Positions 37,838 to 47,193 of a stretch of 47,193 bases of DNA are shown piece after piece. Origin of the DNA: Deltaproteobacteria bacterium (GTDB lineage: Bacteria; Desulfobacterota; Desulfuromonadia; Desulfuromonadales; Geopsychrobacteraceae); contig JAPHSA010000045.1 of assembly GCA_026193235.1 (NCBI GenBank), forward strand, positions 1 to 47,193. Direction: 5' to 3'. A program made the translations under genes and the position numbers. A model generated the notes under the pieces. It was not told the DNA's origin, did not search any database, and was given only the letters and a program-made list of their open reading frames with translations. The number at the start of each line of letters is the position of its first letter. Positions within the stretch are counted from its first letter, which is position 1.

Positions 37838-37930
37838 AACGCTAGGGGCGTCATAGTTACTGAGAATTCTCCGTCAAGAAGAATAACCCTTAGAACCTGA
37901 TCCGGTTGATACCGGCGTAGGGAAGCGGCC
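37838..37930 (+). promoter_or_regulatory. TPP (THI-box) riboswitch aptamer
   Basis: AGGGGCG...CTGAGA...ACCCTTAGAACCTGATCCGGTTGATACCGGCGTAGGGAAGCG matches the TPP riboswitch consensus (CUGAGA, ACCUGAUCYGG-UAAUNCCRGCGUAGGGA). Lies directly upstream of the thi operon. Confidence 0.93.
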
Positions 37931-37949
37931 AATGTATCAATATTTACAC

Positions 37950-37978
37950 TTAGCCGCATAAAAGCGGCTTTTTTATTT
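37950..37978 (+). terminator. riboswitch expression platform: intrinsic terminator
   Basis: AGCCGC (37952-37957) pairs with GCGGCT (37964-37969), followed by TTTTTTATTTT. Ends 8 nt before the thiF ATG. Confidence 0.7.
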
Positions 37979-37985
37979 TAAAATT

Positions 37986-38792
37986 ATGAATATTTACTTG
38001 AATGACATTCCCGTAGAGATCAATCCTGATACTTATCTCCACGCTCTACGTGATGAAAAAAAGTCGGGCGCTGACATTCTGATTATCAACGGTTTCCCAC
38101 AAACAAAAGACCAACGATTACAAGAGGATGATCGTGTTGTCATGATTCGCCGTGGCGAACAGCCAACGCCAGATGAGTTGGAAGCCTTAATGATGGCGCG
38201 CCATACACCTGGCGTACATGAAAAAATCAAACAGGCCCGGGTGGGAATTGCCGGCATAGGTGGACTGGGATCAAATGTGGCCATTGCTCTGACGAGAGTC
38301 GGAATCGGCCAACTGGATATCGCAGATTTTGATGTTGTTGAGCCGTCCAATCTGAATCGTCAGCAGTATTTTATCGACCAGATCGGCATGCCAAAGGTTG
38401 AAGCTTTGAGTGATATCCTGAAAAGAATCAACCCTGCGGTAAAAGTAAATGGCCATAACAAAAAAGTAACCCCAGAAAACCTGACCGCTATTTTTGGTAC
38501 GGTCGACATTCTCGTCGAGGCATTTGACGCAGCCGCAGAAAAAGCCATGCTGACCAATCATTTTCTTCAACTCTACCCCAACAAATATCTTGTCGCGGCA
38601 TCGGGAGTTGCCGGCTATGAACCTTCCAACAGCATTCGAACCCGTAAAATTTCAAAGTACTTCTACCTCTGCGGAGACGGCGTAACCGCTGCGGCCCCCG
38701 GATACGGTCTGATGGCACCGCGTGTCGGCATTGCTGCTCATCACCAGGCCAATACTGTTCTGCGCCTGTTGCTGAATGAACCGCTAGACTAA
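37986..38792 (+). CDS. thiF: ThiS adenylyltransferase ThiF (E1-like) with ~70-aa N-terminal ThiS/beta-grasp-like extension
   Basis: VGIAGIGGLGSNVAIALTRVGIGQLDIADFDVVEPSNLNRQ is the E1 nucleotide-binding motif. The N-terminal MNIYLNDIPVEI...ILIINGF...LQEDDRVVMIRRG resembles ThiS but has no C-terminal GG. Confidence 0.88.
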   Translation: MNIYLNDIPVEINPDTYLHALRDEKKSGADILIINGFPQTKDQRLQEDDRVVMIRRGEQPTPDELEALMMARHTPGVHEKIKQARVGIAGIGGLGSNVAIALTRVGIGQLDIADFDVVEPSNLNRQQYFIDQIGMPKVEALSDILKRINPAVKVNGHNKKVTPENLTAIFGTVDILVEAFDAAAEKAMLTNHFLQLYPNKYLVAASGVAGYEPSNSIRTRKISKYFYLCGDGVTAAAPGYGLMAPRVGIAAHHQANTVLRLLLNEPLD

Positions 38793-38805
38793 CCAAGGAC
38801 ACGGT

Positions 38806-39006
38806 ATGCAACTGATCATCAACGGTGAAGCTAAACAGGTAACAGAGGAACTGACAGTTACAAAACTGTTAGCACAATTGATGCTGTCCCCTGAACAGGT
38901 TGTTGTTGAGCTCAATCACAACATTCTACCTGTCGACAAACATTCGGCGACAGAGCTGACTTCAGGAGACAGCATTGAAATAGTTCATTTCGTTGGTGGT
39001 GGATAG
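38806..39006 (+). CDS. thiS: sulfur carrier protein ThiS
   Basis: 66 aa. MQLIINGE...GDSIEIVHFVGGG ends in the C-terminal Gly-Gly. Confidence 0.93.
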   Translation: MQLIINGEAKQVTEELTVTKLLAQLMLSPEQVVVELNHNILPVDKHSATELTSGDSIEIVHFVGGG

Positions 39007-39066
39007 ACAGCATTCCAGCGTTCGATTCTACTTATCAGTAAATCCCTTAACAACAGGAACACAGCT

Positions 39067-39840
39067 ATGGATCCATTTATTATTGCCGGTCGAACATTTA
39101 CCTCACGCCTGATGGTTGGTACTGGAAAATTTGCTTCAAACCAAGCTATGGTCGAGGCGATGGAGCACTCAGGCAGTGAAATTGTTACGGTCGCTTTACG
39201 CCGAGTTGATATTGACAACCCTGAGGACTCCCTCCTCTCTCATATTGACCGTCAACGCTATCTCCTGCTCCCAAACACCAGTGGTGCACGCGATGCCGAA
39301 GAGGCTGTCCGCCTTGCACGTTTGGCCCGGGCCGCTGGATGTGATCCTTGGATCAAGCTGGAAGTAACCCCCGATCCCTACTATTTGCTCCCGGATTCTA
39401 TAGAAACGTTGAAAGCAGCGGAAATTCTTGTCAAAGAAGGTTTTATTGTGCTCCCCTACATGCCGGCTGACCCGGTGTTGGCAAAGCGCCTTGAGGAAGT
39501 CGGCACCGCAACCGTGATGCCTCTGGGAGCGCCTATCGGAACCAACCGTGGGGTTCGCACCCGTGATCATATTGCGATTATCATCGAACAAGCCAATGTC
39601 CCAGTTATCGTTGATGCCGGCCTTGGTGCGCCCTCTCACGCTGCGGAAGCCATGGAGATGGGTGCTGATGCTGTTTTGGTAAACACGGCCCTAGCAGACA
39701 CTCCTAACCCTGCCGCCATGGCACGTGCTTTCCGCAAAGGAGTTGAAGCGGGTCGTGAAGCATACCTTGCCGGGCTTGGCCCCCAGCGGCGGCAAGCGGA
39801 AGCTTCCAGCCCACTCACTGGTTTTCTAAGGAAAGACTGA
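39067..39840 (+). CDS. thiG: thiazole synthase
   Basis: 257 aa. [62 protein letters not shown]. Confidence 0.96.
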   Translation: MDPFIIAGRTFTSRLMVGTGKFASNQAMVEAMEHSGSEIVTVALRRVDIDNPEDSLLSHIDRQRYLLLPNTSGARDAEEAVRLARLARAAGCDPWIKLEVTPDPYYLLPDSIETLKAAEILVKEGFIVLPYMPADPVLAKRLEEVGTATVMPLGAPIGTNRGVRTRDHIAIIIEQANVPVIVDAGLGAPSHAAEAMEMGADAVLVNTALADTPNPAAMARAFRKGVEAGREAYLAGLGPQRRQAEASSPLTGFLRKD

Positions 39841-40964
39841 TGTATTTTCAAGAGCAGTTGAAACGTTACCCTCAGACTCAAATCCAAAGCAGGATAGTCT
39901 CAGCAGGACCAGCCCAAATTGATCTGGCCCTCCAGCGGCAACGGGTAAATCTTGAAGATTTTGCGGATCTGCTATCCCCGCAGATTACAGATGTGCAGCT
40001 TGAGCAGTTAGCCAACCGAGCACAGAGAATAACCCGGCAGCGATTTGGCCGCATTATTTTACTTTATGCCCCCCTTTACCTTTCCAATGAATGTCATAAC
40101 GGTTGTCGGTATTGTGGATTTAATGCTGAAAACCAGCTACACCGAAAAACGTTGACCCTTGAAGAAGTTGAACGTGAAGCTAAAATTTTGCGCCAGCAGG
40201 GGTTTCGTCACATGCTTCTGTTAACTGGCGAAGCACCAGAAGTTGCTGGCATCGATTATTTAGAGGAAGCGGTAAAAATTATTAAACACTATTGCGGCTC
40301 CGTATCTATTGAAGTTTTCCCGATGGATACTCATGATTATCAACGTATGGTTAACGCGGGAGTTGACGGTTTAGCCTTATACCAGGAAACCTACGATCGA
40401 GAGCTCTATCAGGAGTTACATCCATACGGCCCCAAAAGTGACTACGCCTATCGGCTCCAGGCTCCGGAAAGAGCGGGAGAGGCGGGTTTGCGTAAAATAG
40501 GCATCGGCACCCTGCTCGGATTGGGCAATAGCCTGACGGACGTTTTTTACAGTGGTCTACATGCCCTTTATCTAGCCCGCAAATTTTGGCGAACTCAGGT
40601 AAGCATTTCTTTCCCCCGTTTGCGTCCGGCGGAGGGTGGTTATCAGCCGAACTCTGTTATCAGTGATCGGCAACTCACCCAATATATCTGTGCCATGCGG
40701 ATATTAATTCCCGATGCCGGATTGGTATTATCAACCCGAGAGGATTCTGATCTGCGCGACAATCTTCTACCACTCGGGATCACCCAGATGAGTGCTGGAT
40801 CCTGCACCGCGCCTGGCGGTTATGGTGAAGAGGATCATGAAAGTGAGCAGTTTGAAGTCAGTGATCATCGTTCTCCAGCTGAAATTGAAACTGTCTTGAA
40901 GACAAGGGGCTATGAGGCGGTCTGGAAAGATTGGGATAGCGCTTTTTTAAACCAGGCCAGCTGA
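39840..40964 (+). CDS. thiH: 2-iminoacetate synthase (tyrosine lyase), radical SAM
   Basis: CHNGCRYC radical-SAM cluster motif. 374 aa. Located in the thi operon, with its ATG overlapping the thiG stop. Confidence 0.93.
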   Translation: MYFQEQLKRYPQTQIQSRIVSAGPAQIDLALQRQRVNLEDFADLLSPQITDVQLEQLANRAQRITRQRFGRIILLYAPLYLSNECHNGCRYCGFNAENQLHRKTLTLEEVEREAKILRQQGFRHMLLLTGEAPEVAGIDYLEEAVKIIKHYCGSVSIEVFPMDTHDYQRMVNAGVDGLALYQETYDRELYQELHPYGPKSDYAYRLQAPERAGEAGLRKIGIGTLLGLGNSLTDVFYSGLHALYLARKFWRTQVSISFPRLRPAEGGYQPNSVISDRQLTQYICAMRILIPDAGLVLSTREDSDLRDNLLPLGITQMSAGSCTAPGGYGEEDHESEQFEVSDHRSPAEIETVLKTRGYEAVWKDWDSAFLNQAS

Positions 40965-40972
40965 GTAAGGCG

Positions 40973-41611
40973 ATGAAAAAACAACTCCCCCGCCTGTATC
41001 TCATCACTGATCGACATCAGGTTCCAAAGAATAGTAATTTGCTCAAAAGTCTGAAAGAATTATTAAAAGCTGGCGTTAAAATGATACAGCTGCGTGAGAA
41101 GGATCTGTCCGCAGCCGAGCTCTATCCACTAGCACGAGATCTGCGTTTGCTTACACAGGACTATGGTAGCCTGCTATTGATTAATGACAGGGTGGATCTC
41201 GCTCTGGCCATTGACGCGGATGGTGTCCACCTAGGACAGCATTCTCTCCCTATAGAGGCGGCAAGAACACTTCTCGGCAAACAAAAAATCATCGGAGTTT
41301 CAACCCACTCTTTGGCTGAAGTCAACATGGCTCAGAAACAGGGGGCTGACTTCGTCACCTACGGACCAGTCTATTACACCCCCTCAAAAGCTGCCTATGG
41401 GGATCCAGTCGGGGTCACAGCCCTTAAACTCAGCTGCCAGCAATGCCGAAACCTTCCTGTTTATGCTCTCGGGGGATTAAAACCGAACAACGTTCTTGAT
41501 ACACTACAAACCGGAGCATACGGAATCGCTGTAATTTCAGCTCTATTGGCCGAACCATCGCCGGTACTGGCCTATCAAAAGCTGACTCGTGAAATACAAA
41601 AAGTCAATTGA
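40973..41611 (+). CDS. thiE: thiamine-phosphate synthase
   Basis: LYLITDR, IQLREKD, LLINDRVDLALAIDADGVHLGQ, GVSTHS. Confidence 0.94.
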   Translation: MKKQLPRLYLITDRHQVPKNSNLLKSLKELLKAGVKMIQLREKDLSAAELYPLARDLRLLTQDYGSLLLINDRVDLALAIDADGVHLGQHSLPIEAARTLLGKQKIIGVSTHSLAEVNMAQKQGADFVTYGPVYYTPSKAAYGDPVGVTALKLSCQQCRNLPVYALGGLKPNNVLDTLQTGAYGIAVISALLAEPSPVLAYQKLTREIQKVN

Positions 41612-41644
41612 CCAGATGATAACGACTGGAACCGAGAAAAATAA

Positions 41645-41683
41645 TAAAAAAAGGTCCCAGCATAGAGCAAGGACCTTTTTTTA
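41645..41683. terminator. bidirectional terminator shared by thiE (+) and the tRNA cluster (-)
   Basis: AAAAAAAGGTCC (41646-41657) pairs with GGACCTTTTTTT (41671-41682). Gives a U-tract on both strands. Confidence 0.8.
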
Positions 41684-41686
41684 TAA

Positions 41687-41763
<77 letters not shown>

Positions 41764-41827
41764 AAATTTAATACGCTTGTTGCTTCTTTCTGTTTAACCA
41801 TTTCCGCTTGACGGTAATTCCGACAAA

Positions 41828-41903
41828 TGGTGGGCGAAGAGGGGCTCGAACCCCCGACATCCTGCTTGTAAGGCAGGCGCTCTCCCAGCTGAGCTATTCG
41901 CCC
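41828..41903 (-). tRNA. tRNA-Val (anticodon TAC)
   Basis: Reverse complement is GGGCGAATAGCTCAGCTGGGAGAGCGCCTGCCTTACAAGCAGGATGTCGGGGGTTCGAGCCCCTCTTCGCCCACCA. Perfect 7-bp acceptor stem and anticodon loop CTTACAA. Confidence 0.95.
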
Positions 41904-41924
41904 TATCATTTTCCTACTTAAAAA

Positions 41925-42001
<77 letters not shown>

Positions 42002-42081
42002 ATTTTTACGACAATTTTAATTCCATCTACTAAACCAGTAGCGTTTAATATACGACTCTACTGCAGTCCCGCAGATAGAAA

Positions 42082-42136
42082 TAGGAAGTATCAAAGTGCC
42101 CGGTGGGTTTGAAGATGGACAGCTTAGTACTTCCTA
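42082..42136 (-). terminator. long bulged hairpin downstream of hupB (probable terminator or structured spacer)
   Basis: TAGGAAGTA (42082-42090) pairs with TACTTCCTA (42128-42136). An inner helix TCAAA (42091-42095) pairs with TTTGA (42108-42112). On the minus strand it is followed by TTTCTATCT. Confidence 0.4.
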
Positions 42137-42164
42137 CTTCGGTTTTTAAATTTTACGCTACAAC

Positions 42165-42437
42165 TTAATTAACAGCGTCTTTCAAAGCTTTGCCAGCCTT
42201 GAACTTTGGCACCTTTGCTGCGGCAATCTGAATTTTCTCACCAGTCTGTGGGTTCTGCCCGGTACGTGCAGCACGATCACCAACACTGAATGTTCCAAAA
42301 CCTACCATAGCAACTTTTTCGCCAGCTTTCAAAGCATCAGTAACTGCTTCGGTAAAGGCCTTAAGTGCGCCCTCTGCATCAGTTTTACTCAGCCCCGCTT
42401 TTTCTGCCATTGCATTGACCAGATCAGCTTTAGTCAC
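42165..42437 (-). CDS. hupB: HU-family nucleoid-associated DNA-binding protein
   Basis: [73 protein letters not shown] is canonical HU. Confidence 0.96.
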   Translation of the reverse strand: MTKADLVNAMAEKAGLSKTDAEGALKAFTEAVTDALKAGEKVAMVGFGTFSVGDRAARTGQNPQTGEKIQIAAAKVPKFKAGKALKDAVN

Positions 42438-42489
42438 AGTATACCTCCTAATAAAGTTTAAGTAATTTGAACCGTGAAAACGCGATAAG

Positions 42490-42518
42490 ATATATCAGGT
42501 TTGCAAAAAAACTGTCAA
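42490..42518 (-). promoter_or_regulatory. sigma70-type promoter for hupB
   Basis: On the minus strand: TTGACA (42518..42513), 17 nt, ATATAT (42495..42490). Confidence 0.5.
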
Positions 42519-42588
42519 GGTGTTTTTCCCCATTTATCGGGCTTTGGCAAGATATTTTCTCTTTATTAATGCTGACCAAAAGAGAGCT

Positions 42589-44937
42589 TTATTCTTTTTC
42601 AGCAAACAAAGCATGATCCAGCACCATATCCATATGATCTACAGGGACAATACTCAAGGATTTAAGTATCTGCTGTGAAATCTCTGTCAAGTTTTTCTTG
42701 TTATCTGCCGGGATCAGAATCTTGGTAATTCCGCCACGCCGCGCAGCAAGGAGTTTTTCCTTCAGTCCGCCAATGGCCAGGACACGGCCGCGAAGAGTCA
42801 CCTCTCCAGTCATTGCAAGGTCTTTTTTAATGCGCCTTCCCGTTAACGCAGAAGCAAGTGCCGTTGCGATGGTAATGCCAGCCGAGGGGCCATCTTTCGG
42901 CACAGCACCTTCAGGAACATGCAGATGGATATCTAGTTTGGAATAAAAATCTTTCTCTAGCTGCAATTCCTGCCAGCGCGAGCGGATATAACTCATTGCG
43001 GCCTGAGCTGATTCCTGCATGACCTCGCCCAATTGGCCGGTGATTGTTAATTTGCCCTGTCCAGGCAATGTCGTTACTTCTATTGATAACAGTTCGCCGC
43101 CGGTTTCTGTCCATGCCAAGCCAGTGGCGACACCTACCTGATCTTCTTTTTCTCGGATGCCATATTGATACTGGGCAACGCCTAAATATTTTTGCACCTG
43201 GCTTTCACCGATTTTTAAAAGCTTATCCGTCCCTTCTAGCAGAGCCTTTTTAGCAAATTTACGCATTACTGATGCAATATTGCGATCAAGACTTCGGACC
43301 CCAGATTCACGCGTGTATCGACGAATAATTTCATAAATGGCGCGGTCCGAAAAACGCACATTATCCTGCTTCAATCCGTGAGCCTTGATTTGTTTGCCTA
43401 ACAGGTAGCGGCGGGCAATATGCAGCTTTTCCTCTTCTGAGTAACCTTCAATACGAATAATTTCCAGCCGATCATGCAGTGGCCGCGGAATAGCGTGCAG
43501 ATTATTCGCCGTCGCCACAAAAAGCACCTGCGAAAGGTCATAATCAACATCGAGAAAATGATCGGCAAAGCTGTTGTTCTGCTCAGGGTCGAGAACCTCA
43601 AGCAGTGCAGAGGAAGGATCGCCACGGAAATCAGTACTCATTTTATCAATTTCATCGAGCATGAAAACAGGGTTATTGACTCCTACCTTACGCAATCCCT
43701 GAATGATTTTCCCTGGCATCGCACCGATATAGGTCCGCCGATGACCACGAATTTCGGCTTCATCACGAACCCCTCCCAAAGACACGCGCACAAATTTTCG
43801 CTGTAATGCCTTGGCTATTGACTGCCCCAGGGATGTCTTCCCGACGCCAGGAGGGCCAACCAGACAAAGAATAGGACCTTTAATCTGTTTAACCAGGGCC
43901 TGTACCGCAAGGTACTCTAAAACCCGCTCCTTGACCTTCTGCAAACCATAGTGGTCGGCTTCCAGAATTTCTTCGGCCTTCGTCAGGTCATGTCGATCTT
44001 TCGTCCCCTTTTGCCAGGGCAATGCGAGCAACCATTCAATATAGTTACGGACAACTGTCGCTTCAGCAGACATCGGTGACATCATTTTCAGCTTACGCAT
44101 TTCTGCTTGTATCTTTTCCGTTGCCTCCTTGGACATGCGCTTCTTTTTGATCTGCTCTTCAAAATGCAGAATTTCCTGTTTAAATTCATCCTGCTCTCCA
44201 AGTTCTTTCTGGATCGCCCGCATCTGTTCGTTAAGATAATATTCCTTTTGACTGCGCTCCATCTGACTCTTGACCCGACTGCGAATTCTGCTTTCTACCT
44301 GAAGGATTTCAATCTCTTGTTCGAGCAGGACCAGAAGATGTTCCAGGCGCTGGGCAGGATCAAGGAGTTCCAGGACTTCCTGCTTGTCGGCAATAGGAAT
44401 CTGCAGGTGTCCCGCGACGGCATCAGCCAGACGGGAGGGATCTTCAATCCCAGAAATGGTTGAACTCACCTCGACCGGAACTTTTTTACTGAGGGCCACG
44501 TAGCTTTCAAAAGTTGAATTGATCGCTCGCATAACGGCCTCAACCTCGGAAGAATCGGCGATATCTTCCTCTAATGGTTCGACCTGAGCTTGCAGCATAT
44601 CTTCTTCATTGAGAAATGTACTCATATGACCACGCCAGACGCCTTCAACCAGCACCTTGACAGTACCATCCGGTAATTTGAGCAATTGTACTACCTTGCC
44701 CACAGTACCGATTCGATAAAGGTCGTCTTCTTCAGGGTTGTCGACCTTAGGATCTATTTGGCTGATTAAAAAAATCATCTTATCTTCGTCTGCGGCTTTT
44801 TCCAATGCCCCGATCGACTGCTTGCGGCCGACAAACAAAGGGACAACCATATAGGGGAAGATAACGATATCTCTCAGTGGTAAAAGCGGAAACAAACGTG
44901 GGGATGGAGGTACAATTTGATCAACAGAATCTGACAT
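42589..44937 (-). CDS. lon: ATP-dependent endopeptidase La (Lon)
   Basis: 782 aa. [23 protein letters not shown] at the N-terminus, Walker [10 protein letters not shown], and protease Ser in [15 protein letters not shown]. Confidence 0.97.
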   Translation of the reverse strand: MSDSVDQIVPPSPRLFPLLPLRDIVIFPYMVVPLFVGRKQSIGALEKAADEDKMIFLISQIDPKVDNPEEDDLYRIGTVGKVVQLLKLPDGTVKVLVEGVWRGHMSTFLNEEDMLQAQVEPLEEDIADSSEVEAVMRAINSTFESYVALSKKVPVEVSSTISGIEDPSRLADAVAGHLQIPIADKQEVLELLDPAQRLEHLLVLLEQEIEILQVESRIRSRVKSQMERSQKEYYLNEQMRAIQKELGEQDEFKQEILHFEEQIKKKRMSKEATEKIQAEMRKLKMMSPMSAEATVVRNYIEWLLALPWQKGTKDRHDLTKAEEILEADHYGLQKVKERVLEYLAVQALVKQIKGPILCLVGPPGVGKTSLGQSIAKALQRKFVRVSLGGVRDEAEIRGHRRTYIGAMPGKIIQGLRKVGVNNPVFMLDEIDKMSTDFRGDPSSALLEVLDPEQNNSFADHFLDVDYDLSQVLFVATANNLHAIPRPLHDRLEIIRIEGYSEEEKLHIARRYLLGKQIKAHGLKQDNVRFSDRAIYEIIRRYTRESGVRSLDRNIASVMRKFAKKALLEGTDKLLKIGESQVQKYLGVAQYQYGIREKEDQVGVATGLAWTETGGELLSIEVTTLPGQGKLTITGQLGEVMQESAQAAMSYIRSRWQELQLEKDFYSKLDIHLHVPEGAVPKDGPSAGITIATALASALTGRRIKKDLAMTGEVTLRGRVLAIGGLKEKLLAARRGGITKILIPADNKKNLTEISQQILKSLSIVPVDHMDMVLDHALFAEKE

Positions 44938-44949
44938 GAATTGAGCCTG

Positions 44950-44996
44950 TAAAGAGAAAAGGAGCGCATCGTCATTTGACGAAACTGCGCTCCTGA
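44950..44996 (-). terminator. strong hairpin between clpX and lon (terminator/attenuator)
   Basis: On the minus strand AGGAGCGCA pairs with TGCGCTCCT (9 bp; + coordinates 44960-44968 and 44986-44994), followed by TTTTCTCTTT. The tail ends 13 nt before the lon ATG. Confidence 0.65.
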
Positions 44997-45021
44997 TGAG
45001 TTATTGGATTAGCAGAGAAGT

Positions 45022-46269
45022 TTAAGCACTTTCAGCGACATCATAAAGAATTATCGGCTTGACACCTTTGGTAATGACTTCTTCATTCAGGACAACTTCC
45101 TTAACGCGATCCTGAGATGGAATGTCGTACATGACTTCTAGCATGGCGTTTTCCAGAATAGAGCGCAAGCCACGTGCACCTGTCTTGCGAGTCAAGGCTT
45201 CCTTGGCAATTGCAACCAGGGCTCCATCGGTGAATTTCAAATGAACTTTTTCCATATCAAAAAGCCGTTGATATTGTTTGATCAGAGCATTTTTAGGTTC
45301 ACGTAAAATCTGAATCAAGGCTTCTTCGTCGAGTTCACTGAGTGTCGCAATGACAGGGATTCGACCTACAAATTCAGGAATCAATCCATATTTAAGCAGA
45401 TCTGCTGGCTGAATTTTACTCAGGATCTCACCAAGGTTCTCTTCTTTGATAGAGCGCACCTCAGCACCAAAACCCATAGATTTCGAACTGATCCGTTTGT
45501 TGATAATTTTTTCAAGACCGGAAAATGCTCCGCCGCAGATAAACAAAATATTTGTCGTGTCAACTTTAAGGAATTCCTGTTGAGGATGTTTCCTTCCACC
45601 CTTGGGTGGTACACTTGCGGTTGTGCCTTCAATGATTTTCAACAGGGCCTGCTGCACACCTTCCCCGGAAACATCACGAGTAATCGAGGGCGATTCTGAT
45701 TTCCTGGCAATTTTATCCACTTCATCAATGTAAATAATGCCCTTTTGCGCCTTTTCCAAATCATAATCGGCTGCTTGAAGAAGGTTAAGAATAATATTTT
45801 CTACATCCTCACCCACATAACCGGCTTCCGTCAAATTTGTTGCATCGGCTATAGTAAAGGGGACATCCAGAACCTTGGCCAGTGTTTGCGCCAACAAAGT
45901 CTTGCCACTCCCAGTCGGCCCCAGTAGCAGAATATTGCTTTTCTGAATTTCTATGTCATCATTTTTTTCTGAAAATTCTACGCGCTTATAATGATTGTAA
46001 ACCGCAACTGAAAGAATTTTTTTAGCATATTCCTGGCCAACAACGTATTCATCTAGAATGTCTTTAATTTCAACTGGTTTCGGCAGTTTTTTAGTTTCGG
46101 AATCCGGTGACTGGTCGAGTCGAGATTCTTCGTCAATAATATCGTTACAAAGCTCAATACATTCGTCACAGATATATACAGTTGGTCCGGCAATCAGTTT
46201 TTTCACTTCATCCTGCGATTTCCCGCAGAAAGAACAGGTTAACTGACTATTATCATCCTTTGGACTCAC
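45022..46269 (-). CDS. clpX: ATP-dependent Clp protease ATP-binding subunit ClpX
   Basis: Zinc-finger N-terminus [30 protein letters not shown]. Walker [13 protein letters not shown] start at 46269. Confidence 0.97.
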   Translation of the reverse strand: MSPKDDNSQLTCSFCGKSQDEVKKLIAGPTVYICDECIELCNDIIDEESRLDQSPDSETKKLPKPVEIKDILDEYVVGQEYAKKILSVAVYNHYKRVEFSEKNDDIEIQKSNILLLGPTGSGKTLLAQTLAKVLDVPFTIADATNLTEAGYVGEDVENIILNLLQAADYDLEKAQKGIIYIDEVDKIARKSESPSITRDVSGEGVQQALLKIIEGTTASVPPKGGRKHPQQEFLKVDTTNILFICGGAFSGLEKIINKRISSKSMGFGAEVRSIKEENLGEILSKIQPADLLKYGLIPEFVGRIPVIATLSELDEEALIQILREPKNALIKQYQRLFDMEKVHLKFTDGALVAIAKEALTRKTGARGLRSILENAMLEVMYDIPSQDRVKEVVLNEEVITKGVKPIILYDVAESA

Positions 46270-46294
46270 GTATCACACCTCCGCACCGTCAAGA

Positions 46295-46879
46295 TTAAGA
46301 TTTTCTTTCGACAATTGAGTCGATAATACCATAAGTACGCGCTGTTTCGCTATCCATGAAAAAATCACGCTCAGTGTCTGCTTCAACTTTTTCTAAAGCC
46401 AACCCCGTATGTTTGGCCAGGATACCATTGAGACTTTCCCGCATACGCAGAATTTCTTTGGCGTGGATACCTATATCGGTCGCCTGGCCCTGAAAACCAC
46501 CCAGGGGCTGATGAATCATGACCCTGGCATTAGGTAAAGCAAAACGTTTTCCTGGTGCCCCGGAAGCAAGAAGCACTGCTCCCATACTGGCAGCCTGACC
46601 AACACAGATCGTTGATACCGGGGCTTTCAAATACTGCATGGTATCGTAGATGGCCATCCCTGCCGTAACAACGCCGCCTGGGGAGTTAACATACAGGTGT
46701 ATATCACGATCAGGATCTTCAGATTCGAGAAAAAGCAGTTGGGCAATGATCAAGTTTGCCATGTGGTCTTCTATAGCGCCACCTAAAAATATGATACGAT
46801 CTTTGAGCAGGCGTGAATAGATATCATAAGCCCGTTCGCCACGACCGCTATCTTCTACTACCATAGGCACTAAACTCAT
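46295..46879 (-). CDS. clpP: ATP-dependent Clp protease proteolytic subunit
   Basis: [20 protein letters not shown], catalytic [11 protein letters not shown] and MIHQPLGG. Confidence 0.97.
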   Translation of the reverse strand: MSLVPMVVEDSGRGERAYDIYSRLLKDRIIFLGGAIEDHMANLIIAQLLFLESEDPDRDIHLYVNSPGGVVTAGMAIYDTMQYLKAPVSTICVGQAASMGAVLLASGAPGKRFALPNARVMIHQPLGGFQGQATDIGIHAKEILRMRESLNGILAKHTGLALEKVEADTERDFFMDSETARTYGIIDSIVERKS

Positions 46880-47193
46880 TTAAGACTCCTTTTCATCTGC
46901 TTCACCAACCTCTTCATTTTCAAGTTCTGGTGGTTCTACCTCTGTCACAGTCGCCTGATCCAAGAGAAACTTCGTGACTTTCTGCTGTAGCACCTGGGCC
47001 TTTAAACCAATTTTCGCTTGGTCATTTTCAAAATATTTTTGCACCTGCTCCAAAGGAGTATTGTTTTCATCGGCGAAAGCTTGAATTTTTTCATCAACCT
47101 CGGCATCTTCAACAACAATATTTTCCTGCTGCGCAATCGTGTCCAGCAGCAGTTCCCCCTTTACCTGCTGAGCAGCCATATCACGATAAGCGC
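46880..47193 (-). CDS. tig: trigger factor, C-terminal fragment (5' end beyond window)
   Basis: The frame stays open to the window edge. Acidic C-terminal tail, located immediately upstream of clpP as in most bacteria. The Met at 47179 in the track is internal. Confidence 0.8.
   Translation of the reverse strand, partial: AYRDMAAQQVKGELLLDTIAQQENIVVEDAEVDEKIQAFADENNTPLEQVQKYFENDQAKIGLKAQVLQQKVTKFLLDQATVTEVEPPELENEEVGEADEKES

Noticed and set aside
45022-45120. A sigma32 heat-shock promoter for lon inside the clpX 3' end.
   Set aside because: I searched by eye for CTTGAA followed 13-15 nt later by CCCCAT-like sequence on the minus strand and found nothing convincing.

Overview
The window is a gene-dense, mostly core chromosomal segment. 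About 55 protein genes are nearly all explained by recognisable housekeeping families. Gene content points to an anaerobic Desulfuromonadales/Geobacter-like deltaproteobacterium; this is inference only, based on a c7/c3-type multihaem cytochrome, acetogen-type MetV/MetF, ThiH and a short-form Pta.

Clear blocks, left to right:
- A partial XRE-type membrane regulator, divergent from a small tetrahaem cytochrome c.
- A DUF255 thioredoxin-domain protein, convergent with a DUF3108 / CBS-pyrophosphatase pair.
- ArsR, 4-oxalocrotonate tautomerase, a small Imm27-like protein, a SAM methyltransferase and DUF3014.
- A P-loop/DRTGG gene followed by two paralogous small ORFs.
- An alpha/beta-hydrolase-OsmC fusion.
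- xseA-xseB-ispA-dxs, followed by a half-size TSUP permease and a NifX-like gene.
- An orphan ParA-like ATPase with a long extra C-terminal region.
- pta-ftsE-ftsX-envC-ctpA-yibQ.
- tonB.
- folD-metV-metF-gcvT-gcvH-gcvPA-gcvPB.
- yggT-divIVA-yggU plus an FmdB zinc ribbon.
- A class I DAHP synthase.
- A DUF3467/DUF3047 trio.
- A TPP riboswitch driving thiF-thiS-thiG-thiH-thiE.
- A tRNA Asp-Val-Asp cluster.
- hupB-lon-clpX-clpP-tig, in the same order as E. coli.

I see no CRISPR array, transposase, integrase, prophage or recognisable defence island.

The best candidates for undescribed biology are hypotheses, not demonstrated systems:
1. The stand-alone Pta-N-terminal-like P-loop/DRTGG gene with two tandem paralogous 63/67-aa proteins sharing a strong private motif (9328-10972).
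2. The ParA-like ATPase with an uncharacterised ~220-aa Cys-containing C-terminal region (17653-19083).
3. The XRE-HTH transmembrane protein paired divergently with a four-haem c7-like cytochrome, with a repeated heptamer between them (1-1404).
4. A promoter-to-terminator unit of ~70 nt with a CU-rich anti-Shine-Dalgarno-like loop (1501-1606).
5. The translationally coupled half-TSUP/NifX-like pair appended to the dxs operon (12350-13128).
6. A single-strand cluster uniting all methylene-THF-consuming enzymes with the glycine cleavage genes (26629-33429).

All family names come from my own recognition of the translated sequences. None were database-checked.
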